From a bacterium (GTDB taxonomy: Bacteria > 4484-113 > JAGGVC01), in the NCBI GenBank assembly GCA_021158185.1, contig JAGGVC010000104.1, positions 8,992-72,991 of the forward strand: 64,000 bases of DNA, read 5' to 3'. The notes below the pieces were generated by a model. The model saw only the letters and a list, made by a program, of their open reading frames with translations, was not told where the DNA came from and searched no databases. Shown piece after piece: positions 28,801 through 36,915 of the stretch. How positions within the stretch are numbered: position 1 is the first letter of the stretch; every line of letters starts with the position of its first letter. Position numbers and translations under genes: made by a program.

Positions 28801-29990
28801 TTGACACCGATGATGGTGAGACGATTTACCAGTTCGACGCCGCATACGATTCGGACCGTGATTCGTTTCTGATTGCAGCATACAATTACATTGAGGACGG
28901 TGCAATCTGGAAGCTGAATCAGTACGAGATCGGAACAGCTGTCTCGCAGGAATTTGAGCTGATGCCACTGACTGAAAAGGCGAGTGCGGGATATGTCGAT
29001 CTGGCAAAGGCTCCGGGTGAATCGGGAGCGTTTTTCATGGCTACAGCCGTACCGATTTCAGGGGATCCGGTTCGGCGCGAGCTTCATGTCGGCTCGACCG
29101 CTAATGCCGGAAGCGATTTTTCATTCGAGAAAATCGATCCGAGCGACCATAACTGGGGCGAAGTTGCAATAGCTATCGACGATAGAGGGCTTCCTGCCGT
29201 CGCCAATACTTATATGGAAGACATTACGAGTGAACTGCTTTTCGCGACGTTCTGGCCGCAGTATCATTACCTCGATGATAACGATCCTCAAGCATGGCAC
29301 AGAGAATTCATCGATCTGTCGGGCGTTCAGACCTGGTACATCGACCTTGAATTCAAGACTGACGGCACGCCTGTGGTTGCATACAGCAAAAGCAACAAGA
29401 CAACGGGCGGTAATACGGGTCTTTTCGTGGCAGAGCGCAGGGGAGCTGACGACTGGGCTATTACCGAGGTCGAGGGCGGCGATCTGGCGGGTATCACGGG
29501 CAAACATCTTTCGATGGCGCTCGATGAAAACGACAGGCCGGTTATTGTTTTTTCAGACCTCGTTTCAGAACTTGTGAATCTAGCCTTGCCGACGGGTGAT
29601 GGAACATGGGATATCGTTGAGCTTGGGAGCATAAACAGCCAGGGCCGGACGATTCACCACGGAACAGACATCCTTAGGAATGTAACGGACGGGCAGGAAG
29701 GTTACACGTATGCGCTTGCACATTTCTCGCAGGTCGGCACGAGCGATACGCTTCAGAATGTTTTCGTCCGAGGTTTCAGAAAGGTCGATGGAAGTTGGTT
29801 TGTGCCGGATAACAACGACTACTGGATTGGCGAAGTCGAGCAGCCTATGAGCGACAGCGGGAATATTGTACTTGTCGAGCATGATGACGCCGCGCTGCCA
29901 AACGGAGCCGTTTTATTTGCGCTGTGCCTGGACGAATGGGGGCAGACACTCCTGATAAACAGCGTTGAATCCGAGAATTTTCTCAGGTAG
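25866..29990 (+). CDS. Giant predicted lipoprotein of 1374 aa. Its order is: signal/lipobox, N-terminal region, dockerin-like double Ca-binding loop module, fibronectin type III domain, PQQ/BamB-type beta-propeller, and a roughly 540-aa C-terminal region of unknown function.
   Basis: Signal peptide ending in VGSC. The dockerin-like repeats are IGDYDNSGEVGVPDITPIAVHFL and DGDNSDEIGISDITPIANNYL, of the EF-hand-like DxDxxGxVxxxD type. The FN3-like segment is TPPVWDDDSVKLSVTGGESSVFVEWG. The repeated beta-propeller blades are VFVGSRDHNFYCLDLADGAFIW, VVFFGTTSGDLYGLSIFDGE, YLYVAGSNGHLYALEAATGEIVW. Confidence 0.75.
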   Translation: MKMQGLMYRSKGSISAPAVRVCIVVVAFVLAVGVVGSCRAGKPVSSASFPGSESAPDKPSGDSESYIVNDSFGLALLDRYDKALSHPDRVVSLDKLDKEDSALLTITSKAGRLPDDLFMAVNYDSSQWSFKGASYGGAMGDNAIHIECIASSGVLNLGVARMKDERGVKNGDGAEADRVIYTLLFAKGAESAMRAVCSAPVEEHNKVVDLSGEDLGNNTVRLTWTEINIGDYDNSGEVGVPDITPIAVHFLETPATADNPELFILIDGDNSDEIGISDITPIANNYLNLISGYLVFRDDLGDEPIAPGSELQPTIARPEPSPDHGRLLCTFSDRPTASGTYTYTVRPFSLPDDEVPVGIESDPAAVEFTVHGIDDVTPPVWDDDSVKLSVTGGESSVFVEWGRAVDAESSPVDYLIYVSEGDSVEYETPHRTIGAGDPDPDEHSLAISDLPSGTRFTIAVRARDNALNPNIDQNTETVTVDLVKNLGWLDFRGGPGRTGSILSTLYPPLTLSFEFSKDPPGTWFVSTPSIVGSDLASPDIAVCAIDEVVFALDISDPDNIQEIWTYPTGDLIDGSPTVAADRVFVGSRDHNFYCLDLADGAFIWSFPITGNCATSPAVVDDVVFFGTTSGDLYGLSIFDGEAVHAHSVDATMSSSPAVVDGYVYGGSGNSPSVPAKIICYDTVLKTRKWEYPTDAGVFGTPAVADDLVMVGDLAGNLYILSTSGAELYKIPLGAGINASPAYGDGIVYAATLDSKVYAINTATGEEIWPAPATIPGAAGIFSSPLLTGNYLYVAGSNGHLYALEAATGEIVWEWGGSSIPVTSSPVTWGGQIFLQGGDNTLRAFISNSDYIPPAWTSHIGIYSASWTGEIGNPFLRLIAGDATESKTPPVKWMFYMSRADEVDFIDADLPSSQTITLGPVLAPDYTLNPAGMAIARAQWNAHRAWYAARVLDSAIPANYDSNEEIIDYTFPWYGFERGIDTDDGETIYQFDAAYDSDRDSFLIAAYNYIEDGAIWKLNQYEIGTAVSQEFELMPLTEKASAGYVDLAKAPGESGAFFMATAVPISGDPVRRELHVGSTANAGSDFSFEKIDPSDHNWGEVAIAIDDRGLPAVANTYMEDITSELLFATFWPQYHYLDDNDPQAWHREFIDLSGVQTWYIDLEFKTDGTPVVAYSKSNKTTGGNTGLFVAERRGADDWAITEVEGGDLAGITGKHLSMALDENDRPVIVFSDLVSELVNLALPTGDGTWDIVELGSINSQGRTIHHGTDILRNVTDGQEGYTYALAHFSQVGTSDTLQNVFVRGFRKVDGSWFVPDNNDYWIGEVEQPMSDSGNIVLVEHDDAALPNGAVLFALCLDEWGQTLLINSVESENFLR

Positions 29991-30084
29991 GATTTGCCGG
30001 GTGATACAGTCTGTAACGTGAAGTCAGAAGTTGAATCGAGTCGGTACGCTATAGGGTTGTTGCTTAGGGCTCGCGAAGGAGGGG

Positions 30085-32679
30085 ATGGTGCGTAATCATC
30101 ATCATTGTGTTCTGATAATAGGAATTGCCGTGCTGCTTTTAACGGCCTGCGGTCGCGAGAGCATCACCGATGTTACAGCGAAAAAAGATCCGCTCACTTC
30201 TTCTATCGAGATCGTTTCGTTTAACGATGCCGAACCGCACAAATACGACCTGGAAATACTTGATGATGCCGATTCGGTAAGCGTGCGCATTTCATCGGCG
30301 ATTCCCGTTGAATCCGGGCATCTTCTGCATATCACATTCCCCGCGGATAGACTTACTCCCGAAAGCGTTGATTTTGCACCTGAGCTTTTGGGTAGCGATG
30401 TAATCCGCCTTGCAGTTACGAGCAAGCCTGGGATTATCGCAATCGGCGCTGTTCCGATAGGCGATGAACCGCTTTCATCAGGCGAAGTCGCGACGATTAC
30501 CTTCGACAGGCATCCCTCTGTTATCCGCGTGACGGGCAAGGCACCTGTTGGCAATGAAAATCGAGTGACAGACCTTGGCGTGGAAGTGCTCGATTCAACA
30601 AATGTACGATTGACTTGGCATGGTCGGCTTATCGGCGATTACGACACAAAAGGAGATGTCGGTGTTCCCGATATCACTCCGATAGCCATAAACTACCTTG
30701 CAATTCCTGGCGACGGAGAGGGCGACGACACCTGGGAAGCGATTATCGACGGGGATAAAAGCGACGAGGTCGGAGTATCGGATATTTCGATAATCGCCCA
30801 GCATTATCTCGAAATGCTTGCCGGATACCACGTGTATGTTGGTGTTCCGGATGATCCCGGCAATCCTGATACAAGTGTTTCATGGTCGGAAACTCCGCTG
30901 GATATGGGAGCCGAAGGCGATGATCCTTGTCTTGTTCCATACAGCGGTGAAAGACACGAGAGCTACGGGTTCTACTGGTTTGAAGAAACCGTAACGGTTG
31001 ATCCATCGGTTCTCCTGGACTCAAGCGCCTGGATGGTTGTGCCGACCGACGGGGAATCCGAAGGGATCGAAAGCGTTCCGGCAATTCTCGTTTCCGGTGC
31101 AGATACGACTCCGCCTTCCTGGCAGGGCGGGATCAGCATTGTTTCCGCGGAGCCTGGCGACGGGCAGGTAACCGTAACCTGGGGAATGGCTGAAGATGTG
31201 GAAAATCCGCCGGTTGGATACCGTGTTTACTATGCTTTGCGCGATGAATTCAGTTTTGAAACAGCCGACACAGATGGTCCGTTTGATGAAACGACTCATT
31301 CAGCCGTCGTGGACGACCTGACGAATGACTTTGCCTATACGTTTGCCGTGCGTGCTACCGACAGTGCGCCTGAGCCTAACGAGGATCGGAACACTAACAC
31401 GATCGATGCAACGCCATCCGCTTCATCCGGAATCATTGCAGATGTCCCTCCAACGGGGTCGAGTCAAATCGGGACGGACGATGTCGTAAACGCCGATATA
31501 GCGCTCGCGCCGGGGGCTGGCAGTCCGAATCCTCTATATGAAAACGGCGCGCCGTTTGTCGTCTACCGTGATACGGAGAATGCACTCGTTCTAGCGTATT
31601 ACCTTGATGGATGGCAGATGCAGGATATCGTGAGTGATGCAGGCTCGATCGGGCCGCATAAAGCGGCTGTTATCTGCGGGAATATCGTCGTTGCGATTCC
31701 GAGCCGCGCCCAGAATTCCATTGACGTTATCTGGGGGCAGCCGGGCGGAAGCTTCGAATCCGCGACCGTAAGCGACGCGCTCGCGGAATCGCCCTCATTC
31801 GTGGATATAGGCTATTCAGAAACTGCTGGCCAGATGATGATTGCCTACGCGTTCGATTCAGACAGCTCTGATGCTGAAATTGAGTTTGTGTTCGCCGATT
31901 ACGCAGGCGGATCGATTGCAGACCTTGTTTGGACTACTGAATCTGTAGATTCCGCTCCCACGGTAGCAGGTCTCGATATGGTCGTCGATGGTGTGCAGCC
32001 ATATATCGCATTCAGCGCAGGCCTGACCGATATTGAGAACATGCAGTTCGATACATCGCTTTTCATCGCGGCGCGCAACGGCGCGGACGACTGGCAGGTT
32101 GATGATCTCTCTGCGCAGATCGGAAACTCGATGCCGCTTCTCGTAAGCGCAGGTATTGTTGACGGCGATCTTGAAATCATTTACCAGAGCGTAACTATTT
32201 TCACGATTCCGATTCTTAACTACGATGTTCCGATATTCCACCTCAAGGCATACCGCGGTGGTTCATCGCCGATAGACGCGGTCGTTTACGAAGGAACGAT
32301 CAGCTTCAACATATTTACGCAGACGGCTGATATTGATTATGCGCTCGAACCGCTATTGGTACCTTTGCCGCCCTCGTCAGGGAAGGACGCTTTCGTCGGA
32401 TTATCAGCCTGCACGGGCGAAATCGCACTCTCGAATTACCCCGACCTTTCAGGAACAATCGATCTGCTGCTTTACGGCGCGACTCAGACAGGATCGAGCA
32501 TAACAGACACTGCAGGATTCGGGCTGGGCATCGGGCGCGATATTTCCGGAGTGTATAACGAATCAGGCGGCTACATTGCAGTATCCAAGATTCAGACCGA
32601 ACAGATGAATATTGACGATATGGGCGATTTGTCCAATCTTCCTGCGGGGCCGCTTTATTACCGTACGATCGATCCGTAA
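30085..32679 (+). CDS. Paralogous large lipoprotein of 864 aa: lipobox, the same dockerin-like module plus an FN3 domain, then a roughly 430-aa C-terminal region of unknown function.
   Basis: GGAGGGG Shine-Dalgarno. Lipobox LLTAC. IGDYDTKGDVGVPDITPIAINYL and DGDKSDEVGVSDISIIAQHYL are collinear with the upstream paralogue, as is the FN3-like TTPPSWQGGISIVSAEPGDGQVTVTWG. The paralogy is visible at nucleotide level (atcggcgattacgaca shared). Confidence 0.75.
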   Translation: MVRNHHHCVLIIGIAVLLLTACGRESITDVTAKKDPLTSSIEIVSFNDAEPHKYDLEILDDADSVSVRISSAIPVESGHLLHITFPADRLTPESVDFAPELLGSDVIRLAVTSKPGIIAIGAVPIGDEPLSSGEVATITFDRHPSVIRVTGKAPVGNENRVTDLGVEVLDSTNVRLTWHGRLIGDYDTKGDVGVPDITPIAINYLAIPGDGEGDDTWEAIIDGDKSDEVGVSDISIIAQHYLEMLAGYHVYVGVPDDPGNPDTSVSWSETPLDMGAEGDDPCLVPYSGERHESYGFYWFEETVTVDPSVLLDSSAWMVVPTDGESEGIESVPAILVSGADTTPPSWQGGISIVSAEPGDGQVTVTWGMAEDVENPPVGYRVYYALRDEFSFETADTDGPFDETTHSAVVDDLTNDFAYTFAVRATDSAPEPNEDRNTNTIDATPSASSGIIADVPPTGSSQIGTDDVVNADIALAPGAGSPNPLYENGAPFVVYRDTENALVLAYYLDGWQMQDIVSDAGSIGPHKAAVICGNIVVAIPSRAQNSIDVIWGQPGGSFESATVSDALAESPSFVDIGYSETAGQMMIAYAFDSDSSDAEIEFVFADYAGGSIADLVWTTESVDSAPTVAGLDMVVDGVQPYIAFSAGLTDIENMQFDTSLFIAARNGADDWQVDDLSAQIGNSMPLLVSAGIVDGDLEIIYQSVTIFTIPILNYDVPIFHLKAYRGGSSPIDAVVYEGTISFNIFTQTADIDYALEPLLVPLPPSSGKDAFVGLSACTGEIALSNYPDLSGTIDLLLYGATQTGSSITDTAGFGLGIGRDISGVYNESGGYIAVSKIQTEQMNIDDMGDLSNLPAGPLYYRTIDP

Positions 32680-32862
32680 TCTATCAGGCACAAGGCAACG
32701 GGTTTGAAAATGATATTCCGATGTCCTTGCGCAATATTATCGCCAAAGCTATACTTCCATTGCTTCTGAATCCCAAGAGAAACACCGGTACGTTCTCTGC
32801 TGGCTTGTGTTTTACGAGGTTTTTTTCGGTTACAAGCGCTTCGTTACCTCGGGAGGAAATGA

Positions 32863-34176
32863 ATGGATAGCTTTGTTAAAATGGTTGAGCGCCGTGAGTT
32901 GAAGATAGGTGTAATTGGACTCGGATATGTTGGATTGCCTCTCGCCATGGAATTTGCATCGGCAGGATTCGATGTGGTCGGGTTCGAAATAAGTGAAAGT
33001 AAAATTGAGCGGATCAATCGCGGTGAAAACTACATAAAGGATGTTGATAACGACAAACTTGCGAGGTTCGTTGAAAGCGGCAAACTTACTGCCACATCCG
33101 ATTTTTCAAGAATTACCGATTGCAATGCGATAAGCGTATGTGTACCGACTCCGCTTTCGAAAATGCAGGAGCCGGACATAAGCTACATCCTTTCCGCGAC
33201 TAGCGAGATTGCGAAGTATTTGAGCCCCGGAACACTCGTAGTCCTCGAAAGTACGACATATCCGGGCACAACCGATGAAATTTTATTACCCGCGCTTTCG
33301 CAGAACGGACGTAAGGTTGGCGTTGATTTCTTTTTGGCTTTCAGTCCTGAGCGTGTGGATCCGGGTAATGACAAGTTCTTCACGCGCAATACTCCAAAAG
33401 TTATAGGGGGAGTGACGGAGGAATGCAGGAAGCGCGCGGTGTATCTTTACACGCAGGTTATTTCGGAGATCGTGCAGGTAAGCTCGACAACTGCGGCCGA
33501 GATGGTCAAGCTCGTCGAGAACACGTTTCGCGCGGTAAACATCGCCAGTGTCAACGAAATCGCCCTCATCTGCCATAAGCTGGGGCTTGACGTGTGGGAG
33601 ATAATTGACGCCGCTGCAACCAAGCCTTTCGGGTTCGTGCCGTTTTATCCGGGGCCGGGGCTTGGCGGTCACTGCATTCCGATTGATCCGCTATATCTTT
33701 CGTGGAAAATGAAATCGCTAGATTTCCACACTCAGTTCATTGAGCTTGCAAGCGAGATAAACCGCGGGATGCCTCTCTGGGTCGTCAGCCGCGTTGAAGG
33801 GCTTTTGAACAAGTGCTTGAAGAACATTACAGGCAGTACCATCCTCGTGCTCGGTGTAGCGTACAAGCGCAACATTGATGATGTGCGCGAATCACCCGCG
33901 CTAGAAGTGATCAAGCATTTGAGATCGCTCGGAGCGAATGTTTGCTATCACGATCCATATATTCCGTCTTGTATCATCGGTAAGTTCGAGAATGACGAAA
34001 CAGAGCTTTCGTCACAGGAACTTACTCAGGAACTCCTCAATAGCGCGGATGTTGTAGTATGCACGACCGATCATGACGATTTCGACTGGAGTTTTATTCT
34101 TGAGCATGCAAATCGCGTGTTTGACGCGCGAAACGCAACGAAGGGATTCGAGAGCGACAAAATCGAAAGACTGTGA
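32863..34176 (+). CDS. UDP-sugar 6-dehydrogenase family enzyme, closest by eye to the UDP-GlcNAc/UDP-ManNAc dehydrogenase type (TviB/WecC/WbpA).
   Basis: N-terminal Rossmann IGVIGLGYVGLP, a catalytic Cys in the GGHCIPID-like context, and about 437 aa. Confidence 0.85.
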   Translation: MDSFVKMVERRELKIGVIGLGYVGLPLAMEFASAGFDVVGFEISESKIERINRGENYIKDVDNDKLARFVESGKLTATSDFSRITDCNAISVCVPTPLSKMQEPDISYILSATSEIAKYLSPGTLVVLESTTYPGTTDEILLPALSQNGRKVGVDFFLAFSPERVDPGNDKFFTRNTPKVIGGVTEECRKRAVYLYTQVISEIVQVSSTTAAEMVKLVENTFRAVNIASVNEIALICHKLGLDVWEIIDAAATKPFGFVPFYPGPGLGGHCIPIDPLYLSWKMKSLDFHTQFIELASEINRGMPLWVVSRVEGLLNKCLKNITGSTILVLGVAYKRNIDDVRESPALEVIKHLRSLGANVCYHDPYIPSCIIGKFENDETELSSQELTQELLNSADVVVCTTDHDDFDWSFILEHANRVFDARNATKGFESDKIERL

Positions 34177-34220
34177 TGGCAGCAGTTCGTCATTGACTTA
34201 TTGTCTCAGGGGAACGTGAT

Positions 34221-35165
34221 ATGGCGCATTATCTTGTAACAGGCGGCGCAGGATTCATAGGAAGCAACATTGTTGAGGAGTTGCTTCGTCTAGGCGAAAA
34301 AGTGCGTGTACTCGATGATTTTTCGACCGGTCGCCGCGAGAACCTCGCAGGCCTTTCGGGATTCGAGCTTGTCGAAGGCTCGATAACCGATGAGGCAACG
34401 TGCAGATCCGCTTGTGACGGGATCGATTTTGTGCTTCATCAGGCAGCACTGCCGTCCGTACCGCGGAGCGTCAAAGATCCAGTCGCCAGCAACAAAGTAA
34501 ACGTGGATGGAACCGTTAATCTGCTATGGGCGGCAAAAAATGCAGATGTACAGCGTTTCGTTTTCGCGGCATCCTCAAGTGCGTACGGCGATACGCCGAC
34601 TCTGCCCAAGCATGAAGGTATGACTCCGAATCCGCTTTCACCGTACGCGGTTTCCAAGCTTGCGGGGGAGAATTACTGCAGGGCGTTTTATGCTTGTTAC
34701 GGGCTTGAAACCGTTGTATTGCGCTATTTCAACATATACGGGCCAAGGCAGGATCCCGAAAGCCAGTATGGAGCGGTGATTCCCATCTTTTGCCGCGATA
34801 TAATCAAAGGCAATTCACCTCCGATTTTCGGTGACGGCGAGCAGACGCGCGATTTTACGTTCGTGTTGGACGCGGTGCAGGCAAACCTGAAGGCATGTAC
34901 TGCGCCACCGGAATGTTCGGGAAGAACGATGAACATCGGTGCAGGCGCTCAGACGAGCATAATTTCGCTTTTCAGAAAGCTGCGCAGCCTTCTGAATCGT
35001 ACAGAGATCGAGCCGGTATTCGAAGCACCCAGGGAAGGCGATGTTCGCGACAGTTTTGCCACAATTGAGTTGGCGCGCGATCTGATCGGGTACGAGCCGC
35101 GTTATAACATTGACAGCGGACTTGAGCTTGCGATTGAATACTACATCGAGGCTTGCTCTGAATAA
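34221..35165 (+). CDS. NAD-dependent nucleotide-sugar 4-epimerase of the extended SDR family (TviC/WbpP-like UDP-GlcNAc(A) 4-epimerase).
   Basis: VTGGAGFIGSN, the catalytic YxxxK (YAVSKLAGE), and family-wide similarity. Confidence 0.85.
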   Translation: MAHYLVTGGAGFIGSNIVEELLRLGEKVRVLDDFSTGRRENLAGLSGFELVEGSITDEATCRSACDGIDFVLHQAALPSVPRSVKDPVASNKVNVDGTVNLLWAAKNADVQRFVFAASSSAYGDTPTLPKHEGMTPNPLSPYAVSKLAGENYCRAFYACYGLETVVLRYFNIYGPRQDPESQYGAVIPIFCRDIIKGNSPPIFGDGEQTRDFTFVLDAVQANLKACTAPPECSGRTMNIGAGAQTSIISLFRKLRSLLNRTEIEPVFEAPREGDVRDSFATIELARDLIGYEPRYNIDSGLELAIEYYIEACSE

Positions 35166-35231
35166 ATCGGCTTTCCTTGAATATGCTTAATCCCGGGGGT
35201 GAATCTTAATTCACAGGTTCAGCAGCGTACT

Positions 35232-36197
35232 CTAGTACTTCCCGCGCGCTCCAAGGTAAATAACTTCGCGGACAAGCTTGATTCCGAATTTATCAAGCAC
35301 TTTCTCTGTGGCAAGCTCGATCAGCGCGCGTACGTCGGATGCCTTTGCATTGCCGAGGTTGATTATGAAATTGGCGTGTTCATCGCTTATCATCGCGCCG
35401 CCGATGCGCGCTTTTTTAAGACCCGCGCGCTCTATGAAAAAACCTGCACTAAAAGCGCCTACATTCCCGCGTTCCAGCCAGAGCTTTGCATCTTCGGGAC
35501 TGACGCGCTTGAAGACACTGCCGCAGTTCGGATAATCTAGCGGGAATTTGGACGCGCGCGCGGCGCGCACTTCATTCATTTCAGCCTGTATTTGCCCGGA
35601 TGATCTTTCTTCAGTCAATTTCAACGTAATTTCCGTAATGATCCTTGAAGTGCCCGAAAACTCGCTTTCCCTGTAGCCCATGGTAATTTCGCTTCTTGGC
35701 TTCGAAACGACCGATCCGTCAGTTTCAACCCAGGTGACATCGACAATCAGGTCTCCGAGCGACACTCCGCTGCAACCCGCGTTCATATACGCCCCACCGC
35801 CGAGCGTACCCGGTATGTCGCAAATTTGTATCAAATCCGAAAGTCCCCGCTCTGCAGATAAGTTCGCAAGGTTGGGCAGCGTTACACCTGCTCCACAGCG
35901 TACAGTCCATCGATCAAATTCGATATGAGTGAGGTTGAATGTAGAAATTATGAGTCCCTCCCAGCCTTCATCGTCGACTAGGATGTTCGATCCCGCGCCC
36001 AGGGTGACAAAGTCAATGCCCAGCTCGTTCGCCGCCTTTACAGTGTTCGCAACATCGTGAGTATCGGATGGGGAGGCAAGAAGACCGGCAGGGCCGCCGA
36101 TTTTGAACGTTGTTAGAGCGGAAAGCGGCGCGTCCGTCTGAAAGGCGATTCCTGCCTTCGATAAATCACTTGCAAGCGTCTTTATCGAATTATTCAA
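35232..36197 (-). CDS. murB: UDP-N-acetylenolpyruvoylglucosamine reductase MurB.
   Basis: FAD-binding N-terminus FKIGGPAGLLASP, and C-terminal MurB motifs (GCSGVS, NFIINLG). Confidence 0.9.
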   Translation of the reverse strand: MNNSIKTLASDLSKAGIAFQTDAPLSALTTFKIGGPAGLLASPSDTHDVANTVKAANELGIDFVTLGAGSNILVDDEGWEGLIISTFNLTHIEFDRWTVRCGAGVTLPNLANLSAERGLSDLIQICDIPGTLGGGAYMNAGCSGVSLGDLIVDVTWVETDGSVVSKPRSEITMGYRESEFSGTSRIITEITLKLTEERSSGQIQAEMNEVRAARASKFPLDYPNCGSVFKRVSPEDAKLWLERGNVGAFSAGFFIERAGLKKARIGGAMISDEHANFIINLGNAKASDVRALIELATEKVLDKFGIKLVREVIYLGARGKY

Positions 36198-36398
36198 GCT
36201 GATTCTCCATTAGGGAAACTCGAATGCCCTGAATTCAAAGGTTCTCTGGAAAATGCTCCACGGACTGTGAATCAATCTACAATGAAAGGTATTGGGCAGG
36301 AGTCGCGAAGATTGGCCTGTCCAGTACAGGACCAGGCACTGGCATTATAGCATTTAGCTGTTCACAATGCCTTTGTACTATCTCTGGATGAGTGTAAA

Positions 36399-36854
36399 AT
36401 GCTTGCTGTTATGAAGATATTCATAGGGAATGATCATCGCGGCGTTAACCTTAAGAAGATCATCATTGAATGGCTTGAGGCAAACGGTCATACGGTGGAG
36501 AACCTCGGCACGAACACGACGGAATCCGTTGATTACCCGGATCCAGCAGCACTAGTAGCAAAACGAGTTGCCGCGGAAACCGGGAGCATCGGCATACTGA
36601 TTTGTGGAAGCGGAGTCGGCATGCAAATGGCTGCAAACAAAATTAAGGGAATACGCGCGGCGCAGATATGGGATCCCTGGGTTGCAGAATATGCGAAGCG
36701 ACATAACGATGCAAACGTAATTACGTTTTCAAACGAGCGACAGACTCACGGCCAGATAATCGGCTTAATCGAGATATTTCTTTCTGCCGAGTTTGAAGGC
36801 GGACGGCATGGCGTGCGTGTCGACAAGATCAATAAACTTGACGAAAGAAGCTGA
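36399..36854 (+). CDS. rpiB: Ribose-5-phosphate isomerase B (RpiB/LacAB family).
   Basis: MKIFIGNDHRGV...ILICGSGVGMQMAANK. Confidence 0.9.
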   Translation: MLAVMKIFIGNDHRGVNLKKIIIEWLEANGHTVENLGTNTTESVDYPDPAALVAKRVAAETGSIGILICGSGVGMQMAANKIKGIRAAQIWDPWVAEYAKRHNDANVITFSNERQTHGQIIGLIEIFLSAEFEGGRHGVRVDKINKLDERS

Positions 36855-36900
36855 ATGGCGACTATTTGGCTTCTGTCACTCGCATTTGCCAGGATTTTAG

Positions 36901-36906
36901 TAGAAT
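36901..36906 (+). promoter_or_regulatory. TAGAAT -10-like box 9 nt upstream of the rimO ATG, consistent with a near-leaderless transcript.
   Basis: ttttagTAGAATacaacgattATG. No Shine-Dalgarno. Confidence 0.3.
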
Positions 36907-36915
36907 ACAACGATT

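Noticed and set aside
32740-32790. An AGAGAA-N11-TTCTCT hairpin and a downstream T-run (gaggtttttttcgg) after the second giant lipoprotein gene.
   Set aside because: The 6-bp stem is separated from the T-tract by about 25 nt, so the geometry does not fit an intrinsic terminator. It may still be a weak attenuator, but I cannot support that from the sequence alone.
36198-36398. An imperfect dyad around CCTGTCCAGTACAGGACCAGG in the murB/rpiB divergent region.
   Set aside because: Only 4-5 bp of true complementarity surround a GTAC core. That is not above chance.
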